Shown here one piece after another: positions 1 to 8,151 of a stretch of 32,000 nt of DNA. A program made the translations under genes and the position numbers. The first letter of the stretch is position 1. Each line of letters begins with the position of its first letter. This DNA comes from Acaryochloris marina MBIC11017 (GTDB taxonomy: Bacteria; Cyanobacteriota; Cyanobacteriia; Thermosynechococcales; Thermosynechococcaceae): positions 1,500,001 to 1,532,000 of the forward strand of contig NC_009925.1 of the NCBI RefSeq assembly GCF_000018105.1, read 5' to 3'. The notes below the pieces were generated by a model. It was not told where the DNA came from and searched no databases. It saw only the letters and a list, made by a program, of their open reading frames with translations.

Positions 1-551
1 AATGGGGAAGTTCAGGCCGTTGCGACCGACGTCATTAATGCAGATGAGTTGTGGTCCTTTGTCAAAAAAAGCAAAAGCACTGTGAGCCGAAGGAGTTGAG
101 GGTAGGCGACTGCTGGATAGCATTGAGTCTTGCGAAAGAGAGTGGTCTCGTGCTCAGTGGCCGTATTGGCAAACATACCGACGAGCTAGCTCAAGAATTG
201 ATTGAAAATACTGAGGGCAAAACCGCCTGTCATCATTGGCAAACGGATGGTTGGGAAGGGTACGCACGACAATTACCCGATGAGGTCGTCCATGAAGTGA
301 GTAAAGCCCTGACCCAACGCTTAGAGCGGACCAATGGCATCGTGCGTCAGCAGACCGGGCGTTGGCATCGACGACAGAATAAATTTGGCAAAGTCTGGCA
401 ACAGAGTGCGATGACTTTAAGATTGGTGCTGAGCTATTTCAACTGGATTTGGTGCCACTCTCGATTCAAGAACACGGCTGCCCAACGAGCTGGATTGACG
501 GAGCGTCCTTGGAGATGGCAAGACTTAGCTTCCTATCCCACACTTTGTTGA
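1..551 (+). mobile_element. IS1-family insertion sequence, 3' portion cut by the window edge. InsB-like transposase ORF (51..551) is joined to an upstream open frame (1..99) across an A7 run (64..70).
   Basis: Frame 1 reads ...NADELWSFVKK and stops at 97..99. The -1 frame continues KQKH..CWIALS..WQTDGWEGY..QRLERTNG..RQQTGRWHRR, matching the IS1 InsB pattern (DE.W..V / TDGW..Y / R.N...R). Confidence 0.7.
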
Positions 552-613
552 TGCACAATCCAATCATTACCGTTTAGAAAAACTAATTATGGAGTGCTTT
601 CCTATAGTCGGTT

Positions 614-1318
614 CTATTCCATGAAAGAGCGAATGGTATCTGAGAGAATATCGAGGATTCCAGATTGCTGAATATAGGGTTGAGCTTGTCTTAAGATCGG
701 ACCCGCTTCTTTTAAGAGGGGACCTGCATCTTCTAAGAGAGGAGCGGCTTCTTTTAGCAAGGGGCTAGCGGCTCCGATGGCCGGGGCAAATTGCTTGCCC
801 TTGGCAATGATAGGGCCATATTTTTGATAGGCTTCCAACAACCGCTCACCATCTACTTCCACGGTGCTGGTGGGATAGCTTTCAAGGGTATCTAGGATGG
901 TAATTTTGCCATCTCGGCTAGCGTCTAAAACCAGGGCAGAGCGAATGGCCTGACGACTAGCTCGTTTAGAAGGGGGGGACATGATTTCCCCGGCTTCATC
1001 GAGCATGGCATCGCCGAAGGGGGTATTAAGTAACTGATCGAGCTGAGTAGAACTGACGGCAAAGGGGCGAGTGAGAATGTCGCTCACTTTTTCTGGCTCT
1101 TGTTCCGCTAACTCTAAATACACTTTTAGATCAGCAGGGGCACGACCTGTATCCGCCAATTGACGTAGAGAACTAACCGGAACCGAGCGAGCGATGGGAC
1201 CATATTTGAAGACCACCTGTTCTGCAGCCCCAGAAGGTAATGCGCTCAACAGCACAACCGCACAACTTCCTAATACATAATTCCACCAATTGCTGGTCTG
1301 TGATGTTGTTGAACTCAT
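614..1318 (-). CDS. Secreted DUF1400-family protein (cyanobacteria-specific alpha/beta-hydrolase-associated domain) with a C-terminal PLLKEA-type repeat tail
   Basis: Hydrophobic N-terminal signal (LGSCAVVLLSALPSGAA). The body AAEQVVFKYGPIARSVPVSSLRQLADTG...LDQLLNTPFG...RSALVLDAS matches DUF1400 as I remember it. Confidence 0.65.
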   Translation of the reverse strand: MSSTTSQTSNWWNYVLGSCAVVLLSALPSGAAEQVVFKYGPIARSVPVSSLRQLADTGRAPADLKVYLELAEQEPEKVSDILTRPFAVSSTQLDQLLNTPFGDAMLDEAGEIMSPPSKRASRQAIRSALVLDASRDGKITILDTLESYPTSTVEVDGERLLEAYQKYGPIIAKGKQFAPAIGAASPLLKEAAPLLEDAGPLLKEAGPILRQAQPYIQQSGILDILSDTIRSFME

Positions 1319-1651
1319 AACGCTAGGCTCTATACCTTTCCAATCTTAAGAATACCCAATTACCATGACCAAAATGTGATCCTGGAGTTCCTGAAGTCTA
1401 AGAGATCTATAGTTTTAGGTCGAACCCATCGGGAATGGAATAGGATTTTGGCTGGGCGTTGATCTTGTATGGAGTAGGCGAAAACGCTCTCAAACCTGCT
1501 TCAATAGAAAGGAACGAAATCGGTTCATCGGCTTTGTAGCACTATATCCGAGGCCCAGCTGAAGCCAGCCGTTCAGGATTTGAAATGGCATGGGGCCTGG
1601 ACCGATACAGAGTGATTCACGAAAATTTGGCAACTGAAAGGTAAACGGTTT

Positions 1652-2425
1652 ATGGATGTTATCCCTGCTATTGACTTGTTAGAGGGACGATGCGTTCGTC
1701 TATATCAAGGGGACTATGACCAATCCCAGGTTTTTTCTGAAAACCCTGTTGAAGTTGCCAAGGCATGGGAGGCTCAGGGTGCCCAATGGCTGCATTTGGT
1801 GGATTTAGATGGTGCTAAAACAGGCCAGCCCGTGAATTTAGACACCATTGCTGCGGTGGTGGAGGCTTTAGAGATTCCGGTGCAAGTGGGGGGTGGCTTG
1901 CGAGATCGCAACCGCGTTACCCAACTTCTAAATTTAGGTGTAAGAAGAGGTATTTTAGGTACGGTAGCCATCGAAAACCCCGATCTGGTGCAGGAACTAT
2001 GCCAGGAATTTCCCGATCAGATTGTGGTGGGGATTGATGCAAGGGAAGGCAGAGTAGCCACCCGAGGCTGGTTAGAAACCTCTGAGATTCTGGCGGTAGA
2101 CTTAGCCAAACGCATGGTGACGGCGGGTGCAGCGGCGATTATTTACACGGATATTCAGCGGGATGGTACATTGCAAGGTCCTAATATTCCGATGCTACGA
2201 GAAATGGCTGAGGCGATTACGATTCCGGTGATTGCTTCCGGTGGCGTCAGCTCAATTACAGATCTACTAAACTTGCTGGCATTGGAAGCTATCGGGGTGA
2301 CGGGCGCCATTGTAGGCAAGGCTTTATATACAGAAGATATCGCGTTGTCTGAAGCGCTCCGGGCCGTTGGTCCTGGTCGCTGGCAGGATGTGCCCCCCGA
2401 TTTAGGCTCTTCTGCGCTGGCCTGA
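1652..2425 (+). CDS. hisA: Phosphoribosylformimino-5-aminoimidazole carboxamide ribotide isomerase HisA
   Basis: [22 protein letters not shown]...HLVDLDGAK...GGGLR...ASGGVSS, the canonical HisA (beta/alpha)8 motifs. Confidence 0.95.
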   Translation: MDVIPAIDLLEGRCVRLYQGDYDQSQVFSENPVEVAKAWEAQGAQWLHLVDLDGAKTGQPVNLDTIAAVVEALEIPVQVGGGLRDRNRVTQLLNLGVRRGILGTVAIENPDLVQELCQEFPDQIVVGIDAREGRVATRGWLETSEILAVDLAKRMVTAGAAAIIYTDIQRDGTLQGPNIPMLREMAEAITIPVIASGGVSSITDLLNLLALEAIGVTGAIVGKALYTEDIALSEALRAVGPGRWQDVPPDLGSSALA

Positions 2426-2481
2426 AAGTGACAACACCATTCTGTAAACTATTTGATCTGAGATATTGAGAAGCTCAATGG

Positions 2482-2727
2482 CTATTCAAGCTCAAATTCA
2501 ACATTAAGAAGAGGATGGGAGTGCTGCAGTACCTCGGCAAGGGCTTCAGCGCTCTGTTGGTTCCCTTGCCACAGCAGAAAAGTGCCTGAGGTCACGGCAG
2601 TATGTGAGAAGCCATATTGTTTAAGGATAGGGATAGCAGACTTGAGCTGAATCCAAACATCCTGAGTCCAGTTTGGAGCAGACTCGTGTGGCCAAGAAAC
2701 GATTATATTGCCATCCATATTTGCCAT
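2482..2727 (-). CDS. Hypothetical protein (81 aa)
   Basis: Open frame 4 nt downstream of the 2732..3034 gene, so probably co-transcribed. No recognisable motif. Confidence 0.45.
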   Translation of the reverse strand: MANMDGNIIVSWPHESAPNWTQDVWIQLKSAIPILKQYGFSHTAVTSGTFLLWQGNQQSAEALAEVLQHSHPLLNVEFELE

Positions 2728-2731
2728 GTAC

Positions 2732-3034
2732 CTATATATCTTGGATGTCTAATGTCAAAGTAGGCGGTGCTGCAAAGTCTCTACAATCAATCGCCTTCTC
2801 TGATAAAGCAATATCAGGATGGACCGAGCATTTAAGATGATAATCGTTTGTGAAATATTGGCAGTTACTACAAGGGATTTGATGCATCCGATTTGAGACT
2901 CGGATACTGTATGCGATCGCAGATCCAATATTCCAAAGTATTAGCCCTATAATCCCCCAAGCTAAACAAAAGCCAATTCCCACAAATAGAGGATGCAAGA
3001 GAGGGGAATAACTAACCCACAGTTGATAAACCAT
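2732..3034 (-). CDS. Small membrane protein with a C-terminal Cys-rich segment (hypothetical)
   Basis: Two hydrophobic helices (LLHPLFVGIGFCLAWGIIGLILWNIGSAIAY), then PCSNCQYFTNDYHLKCSVHP...CRDF. Confidence 0.55.
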   Translation of the reverse strand: MVYQLWVSYSPLLHPLFVGIGFCLAWGIIGLILWNIGSAIAYSIRVSNRMHQIPCSNCQYFTNDYHLKCSVHPDIALSEKAIDCRDFAAPPTLTLDIQDI

Positions 3035-3243
3035 AATGTCTCACTGACTAAGCCATATGCTGATGGGCAATTAAACTACCCATCCTTAAGGTAAAACCTC
3101 AAAAACATCGGCTAAGCAAGGGTCATAGCTTCGTCATAAATATTTCAATCTCTTTACCCTTGGTAATTGAGCAACACAATTGAGCCTGACTCATGGCCGA
3201 CGATTTGGCAGGCAATAGTCAAGAGAATTGAGGCCATTTTTAG

Positions 3244-4717
3244 CCTGGATTATTCATGCCCCTATGGGATGCGAGTCTAAAGTGAGTGGCATTGGGTCAC
3301 ATAAACGTTGAGCAATTAAGCGAATCTCTTTTTCAAAGGGACAAAATGTTGCAAGCTCTACAAGGACCCGTCGAACAGACACTCTGACCCGAGCAGCCCC
3401 TTTAATCAGGGCACATCGTAGGCGTTCCACTTGAGCCGTCGCTAACTCCGTTCCCTGGGCAGCCTATCGTAACGTAATCATTAGCAAATACGCTGCCTGC
3501 GCTAACAGCAGACGAAATTGATTCGCCGTAAACCGGTGACAACTGAGTCGGTCTGCTTGAATGCCTCGTTTGAGTTCTTTAATGGGATGCTCACTATCCC
3601 CACCACGCTGAACATAAAACGTATCGTAGAGCTGCTGTGGACTGAGCATCATATCGGTCAGGACAAACCGAGGATTGGCCCCTTTGGGAAGATATTCAGC
3701 CTTCATCACCAGACGTCGAGGATAGTCCCAGGTGGCAGCTGCGTAGTAGACATCATCAAACAATCGAGCCTTTTGTTGGGTTCGACAATACTGGAGTCGG
3801 GCCTGCTCTAGTACATTAGAGATTTTCCGCTTCAGCACAGCATTCGAGCTAAAGCCAATGGCATAGTGAATGCCAGAACGCTCACAGACCCTCAGAATTT
3901 CAGGCAGTGAGAATCCAGCATCAGCCCGTAGAACAATGGTCACACCAGGCCAGGCTCGTTTGAGACGCCAAAACAGCCAACGCAGAATCCCGGCCACTGC
4001 TTTACCAGGATGAGAGTTGCCTCGACGCAGTTGGCATACCAAGGGAAACCCACTCTGAGCTTCATTGATTAACACGGGGAAATACATATGCTGACCATAG
4101 TAGCCATGAAACGCACTCCCTTCCTGGTCACCATGAGTCGGGTCATCCCAACCATCAATGTCTAAAACGATAGTCGATGGCGGGTGAGGATAGCTGGCAA
4201 TGAACCGGTCAATAAATTGACGACGCATTGCTGCAGTCTGGTCAGTTGTGACCTGATTCTCTAGACGACTGATAGTCAGTTGACTCGCCAATACGTTGGA
4301 CTCTGGAATAGGCAAGTACTCGCAGGCGATTTTGAAGATGGGGTCATGCCGTAAACTATCGCTATCATTGGCATCCTCGTAGCCTCCGATGAGTTGGTAT
4401 ACCCGTTGAGCCACTAACTGAGGTAGGGAATGGGTGAGTTTGTCAGGATCTCGCCATTCTTCAATACAGTCTGCGATATCTTGGCAAATGTGGATTCGTG
4501 ACTCGGCTTGAGCAGCGAGTAGAATGCCAACATCTGAACTCAAGTCAAGGTCTGAAAATTGAACACATAACGGATGGTCTTGATAAAAGTCGAGGGTTAC
4601 ATCACTGTCACACGGTGTCATGGCACAATAAAGCTACAAATTTCTTGGAGAGCTTGAGTCTACTATGGTTCAAGCTCTTTTCTCTATGGCACTCAAATAC
4701 CTCGTGAATAATCCAGG
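3244..4717 (-). mobile_element. IS1380-family insertion sequence, complete ends (1474 bp)
   Basis: Perfect 13-bp terminal inverted repeats: CCTGGATTATTCA at 3244..3256 and its reverse complement at 4705..4717. Flanked by direct TTAG at 3240..3243 and 4718..4721. Encodes an IS1380-type DDE transposase. Confidence 0.85.
3254..4621 (-). pseudogene. IS1380-family transposase interrupted by one in-frame TAG (3464..3466)
   Basis: The 385-aa ORF (LSSDVGILL...GGYEDANDSD.LRHDP...DIDGWDDPTHG...) ends at TAG. The same frame stays open for 69 more codons (AAQGTELATAQVERLRCALIKGAARVRVSVRRVLVELATFCPF...) to TGA at 3254..3256, which matches the usual IS1380 C-terminus. I checked every codon from 3257 to 3463 by hand and found no other stop. 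Confidence 0.75.
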
Positions 4718-5176
4718 TTAGGCATCATTGCCAAATTGTTTCACCATTGGAATGGAGCTGTCTGGATTGGGATTTCCTAAAACTACGTACCCCAACCTGG
4801 AATAGAAGGACACGGCATTCGGACTAGCGTCGAGATGTGCTGAAGATCTTCCCGTTCTTTGAATCTCGGTCTCTGCAAACGCCATGAGAGACGAGCCTAT
4901 ACCTGAGCCAAAAACCGAGGAGTCCACGTAGAGACCCATAATCTTGTCTTCTTTTACCTCGACCCAACCCATAACACTCGACGCTACCTCTACCACCCAA
5001 ACACTATTTTGGGTAATCGCTCGTGTGGCGCGATCAGGTTTCGCAGATTTTGCCCATCGATGCGTTGCGGCATACCCAAAATCATCGGCAAGACTCATGA
5101 TGGCATTCCAACGTATTGCCAGTAATTGCTCGGCATCGTGGAGAATTGCGGATCGAATGTGCACAGGTTTAATCAT
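4718..5176 (-). CDS. GNAT-family N-acetyltransferase
   Basis: IRSAILHDAEQLLAIR...GLYVDSSVFGSGIGSSLMAFAE...SFYSRLGY. The acetyl-CoA-binding motif (Q/R)xxGxG/A is present. Confidence 0.8.
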   Translation of the reverse strand: MIKPVHIRSAILHDAEQLLAIRWNAIMSLADDFGYAATHRWAKSAKPDRATRAITQNSVWVVEVASSVMGWVEVKEDKIMGLYVDSSVFGSGIGSSLMAFAETEIQRTGRSSAHLDASPNAVSFYSRLGYVVLGNPNPDSSIPMVKQFGNDA

Positions 5177-5259
5177 AGAATTCGTCTAACGTCCCGACTC
5201 ACTGAACCACGATGAACAACAACCACAAGTCTTACAGCCATGGACTGTAGCGTAATTTT

Positions 5260-5613
5260 TTAGACATCTCCCTCTAGCATGGGAAGGTACTTATCGATTT
5301 CATCGTCGGATGCCTTCCAATTGTCACCTCTAACCTCATGAAGTTTGACAAGGCCAAGTAGTGAAAGCGGATCCTCTGCAACATAGTCGTTACCTCTGCC
5401 AGAGGCTGTCCAGACCATCTCTTGATTGGCGTTCACGATTTGCGAAGCAAGGGTGAATCCCATAGACTCTAATGCAAGAATTGCCGGAACTTCAACATTG
5501 GCCATAGATGCAATTTTCATAGAAAAAATTTTTTTCTTGGTTGTTTTGATGCCTTCTTTCCAAGTGAACGGAACTCGGCGAATAAGGTAAATTTCAAAAC
5601 CTTCACGTTCCAT
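5260..5613 (-). CDS. Hypothetical protein (117 aa; alternative ATG start at 5520 gives 86 aa)
   Basis: Open frame 20 nt downstream of the 5634..6131 gene. No recognisable motif. Confidence 0.45.
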   Translation of the reverse strand: MEREGFEIYLIRRVPFTWKEGIKTTKKKIFSMKIASMANVEVPAILALESMGFTLASQIVNANQEMVWTASGRGNDYVAEDPLSLLGLVKLHEVRGDNWKASDDEIDKYLPMLEGDV

Positions 5614-5633
5614 AGTTTCGGTTTAAGGGGTTG

Positions 5634-6131
5634 TTAGTCAGAATTTTTGATTCGGGCATCGTCCTTCATAGAGGTCCTGTAGAACTGAGGATCACTTAAA
5701 AGATCTTGAACAACACGATCGTCAAGCAAGTCTCGATGCCACCAATGATTACAACTTTCTTCTCGTTCGTCGCTGAAGATGCGACCTTCCGCAGTTCCAA
5801 AGAGCGACACAAAGAATCGTAAATGCTGGTGCAACTCTGTTTCCGAAATGGACTCAATCCATTGATAGATTCGAAAGGCTGTCATTCCGTCATCCCGTCG
5901 CATTGATTGGATGTGTTTGACCGTTGGATCATCGTCCGACAATTCGGCATGGGTAACGGCGGTCATGAATACGTCATCATCGATACCAGCTTGGTGAGCG
6001 AGTTCTGAAAGTGTGTGGATGAGGGTGCGTTGTTCGCTAGCTGAAACTTCTTTAAACCAACGTTCAAAACCGACAAAGTCGATCGTCCCGCGAACGAGTT
6101 GATTGAGGCGAATTAGATCGGGAAGTTCCAT
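5634..6131 (-). CDS. Hypothetical protein, DUF5958-like (assignment from memory)
   Basis: LNQLVRG...WFKEVSASEQRTLIHTLSELAHQAG...LRFFVSLFGTAEGRIFSDEREESCNHWWHRDL. The C-terminal C.HWWH.DL signature is what I recall for DUF5958. Confidence 0.55.
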   Translation of the reverse strand: MELPDLIRLNQLVRGTIDFVGFERWFKEVSASEQRTLIHTLSELAHQAGIDDDVFMTAVTHAELSDDDPTVKHIQSMRRDDGMTAFRIYQWIESISETELHQHLRFFVSLFGTAEGRIFSDEREESCNHWWHRDLLDDRVVQDLLSDPQFYRTSMKDDARIKNSD

Positions 6132-6254
6132 CTTGTGATGATGCTTGACCTTGCTGTCTAATGTTTCAATATCAACTACCGTCGCATGTTCGTACCATTA
6201 GGAAAAACGAGTTGGCAGTCGAGTGTAACGTCTGGTAATCCAACTGTTTTGAGA

Positions 6255-6755
6255 TCAGGATTGGGATAATTCCCACGCATCACGCTTCCGTTTTCCTTTG
6301 ATTGAGCCCACTGGCACACACACAAGACAACCGCAGTACCATTGCTTGTGAGAATCTGGCTGATACCGCCAACCCACAACTTGCGGCAGTGACTTTACCC
6401 GATGAATCTCGTTCTTTTCAATTTTGCGAGGGATATAAACCTGATATCCTTCCGAATTCTCTGCGTGCATGATGATGTCGATTGCTGAATCAGCAGCCAC
6501 TTCAATATGGCGCTGATTGTAGTGACCAACGAGCACTAATTCATCATCAGGAATCCGAAAGTAAACACCTGAAATTGTGCGCTGCCCGCACCGTTTTAGC
6601 TCACGTAGCCATTGATGGGAAATGTAAAACTCTGGTGTCATGGGCATAGCAAAGACACCGCCGGGATACTCATCCGTATTTCGACACGGTTTGATGCCGG
6701 TCCGCTTAATCGATGCGATGTCCTTCTCAGGGGCAAGGTGTACGAACATTGCCAT
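6255..6755 (-). CDS. Hypothetical protein (166 aa), function unknown
   Basis: ATG start and a long open frame. Features: N-terminal FVHLAPEKDIASIKRTGIKP, and a C-terminal CGCLVC cluster with a basic tail KGKRKR. Confidence 0.6.
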   Translation of the reverse strand: MAMFVHLAPEKDIASIKRTGIKPCRNTDEYPGGVFAMPMTPEFYISHQWLRELKRCGQRTISGVYFRIPDDELVLVGHYNQRHIEVAADSAIDIIMHAENSEGYQVYIPRKIEKNEIHRVKSLPQVVGWRYQPDSHKQWYCGCLVCVPVGSIKGKRKRDAWELSQS

Positions 6756-6900
6756 GTCACAACTCCTTACACATAAAGGTTACTCATCGGTACGAGAGGG
6801 ATAAAAAGGATATTCTGGCGTATTTATCAATTTTCAGGTCAATGGCTAAACCATGAATTCCTAAGCGCAGCAATCATAAAGCTAGCTAGGCCATGAATCA

Positions 6901-7386
6901 TTAGAGCCATCTATCCATATTTAAATAGGATTCCCACTCCCCATACGCATCAATATCCCATCTTGGATTATTCCAACCATCATCAATAGCGTAATTTACA
7001 CTAAGCACATCTAATTTATTCTCATATGAGAAAATTCTCCTTTGGTGAACAAATGGCAGAAAAAATGCATCTATGTAGACAGCCTCGTCATAATTAATCA
7101 ACAAACAGATAACTCCTCCATATTGCAAATTAGTAGAATTATTCACTTGAGCAATGACATCTAGGGAAACTTCATAAGATGCGCAATCTAGATGTTGATT
7201 TTCTATGAAGCTACTTGTGGTAACTAGTGGGCATTCCAGAAATTCAGAAAGCTCTTGTCTCAATGTTGCCAAAGTAGCTCGCCATTGCTCAGGATTTTTT
7301 AGATTTCTAGAGCAATCAAACAGTAACTCACGATCCATGATGTATTTATCAATTTCGATGCTGACTGATCTAAGACTGTAGATCAT
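6901..7386 (-). CDS. Hypothetical protein (161 aa) in an AT-rich segment
   Basis: Open frame 21 nt downstream of the 7408..8058 gene. My hand count gives 42 G/C in the 120 nt at 6901..7020. Confidence 0.55.
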   Translation of the reverse strand: MIYSLRSVSIEIDKYIMDRELLFDCSRNLKNPEQWRATLATLRQELSEFLECPLVTTSSFIENQHLDCASYEVSLDVIAQVNNSTNLQYGGVICLLINYDEAVYIDAFFLPFVHQRRIFSYENKLDVLSVNYAIDDGWNNPRWDIDAYGEWESYLNMDRWL

Positions 7387-7407
7387 CGCATCGTTATCTG
7401 CCGATAG

Positions 7408-8058
7408 CTAAAAGTCATGAAAGGGGTACGCTGCCCAAGGCACCCGGTTGGCAATACCAAGGGCCATTTGCGATGCTCGCCAGATATCTAGAGTATCTTC
7501 ACTCAGAGAATTATAAATCTCGTGTGCCTGGTCGAGTTTTCCATGGCGAAAGAGTTCAATTGCAACTACAAAGTTCACATTGGCTTGGCTTTGAGTATTA
7601 GAAAGACGTGAAATAGATTGAAGTGCAAGGTGTGTGTCACCGCAAATCGCTTGCATAAGAATGATTTCTTCAATTTGTAGTTGATTTGTAGCGTGAGAAA
7701 ACGCTGTTGGGTAGTTCCCAGAAAGGCAGGGCAACAGATGTTTCTCCGATGCGTTGATAACCGAGATTATGTAATCATCTGAGAAAATGGGATGTTTCTG
7801 GTCAATCTTTTTCAGATCATCAAGCTGTTTAGCGGCAACTGGAACATAACCAATACGTGGAATCTTCGTATTTGCGTGGTGTTCTACTCCAATCTGTAAG
7901 AATCGCTCAGCTAAATCATCCATTTGGAGGATTCGAGATGCGTTGCCTGCATAACGTGCTGCCATGTGATTGAAGGTGCCACGCTCACTTTGCATCGTTT
8001 CAAGCAGATCAGCAGTCCGCGTTAAGAGCATCCGAGAAAGCCCATTGTTCCTGTTCAT
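7408..8058 (-). CDS. Hypothetical protein (216 aa), apparently all-helical
   Basis: ATG start and a long open frame. No catalytic motif recognised. Confidence 0.6.
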   Translation of the reverse strand: MNRNNGLSRMLLTRTADLLETMQSERGTFNHMAARYAGNASRILQMDDLAERFLQIGVEHHANTKIPRIGYVPVAAKQLDDLKKIDQKHPIFSDDYIISVINASEKHLLPCLSGNYPTAFSHATNQLQIEEIILMQAICGDTHLALQSISRLSNTQSQANVNFVVAIELFRHGKLDQAHEIYNSLSEDTLDIWRASQMALGIANRVPWAAYPFHDF

Positions 8059-8151
8059 AGAAAACTGATCGCAAGTTATCGTCGGATACCCACAGTTACA
8101 AAGTTGATTCTCAACACGAAATAGTTTGGTAGCTCGTTTTGCCTTCAGAAA

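Noticed and set aside
1774-1971. 65-aa minus-strand ORF nested inside hisA
   Set aside because: It is antisense to a confidently identified gene and has a Pro/Ser/Thr-rich low-complexity translation. This is a typical shadow ORF.
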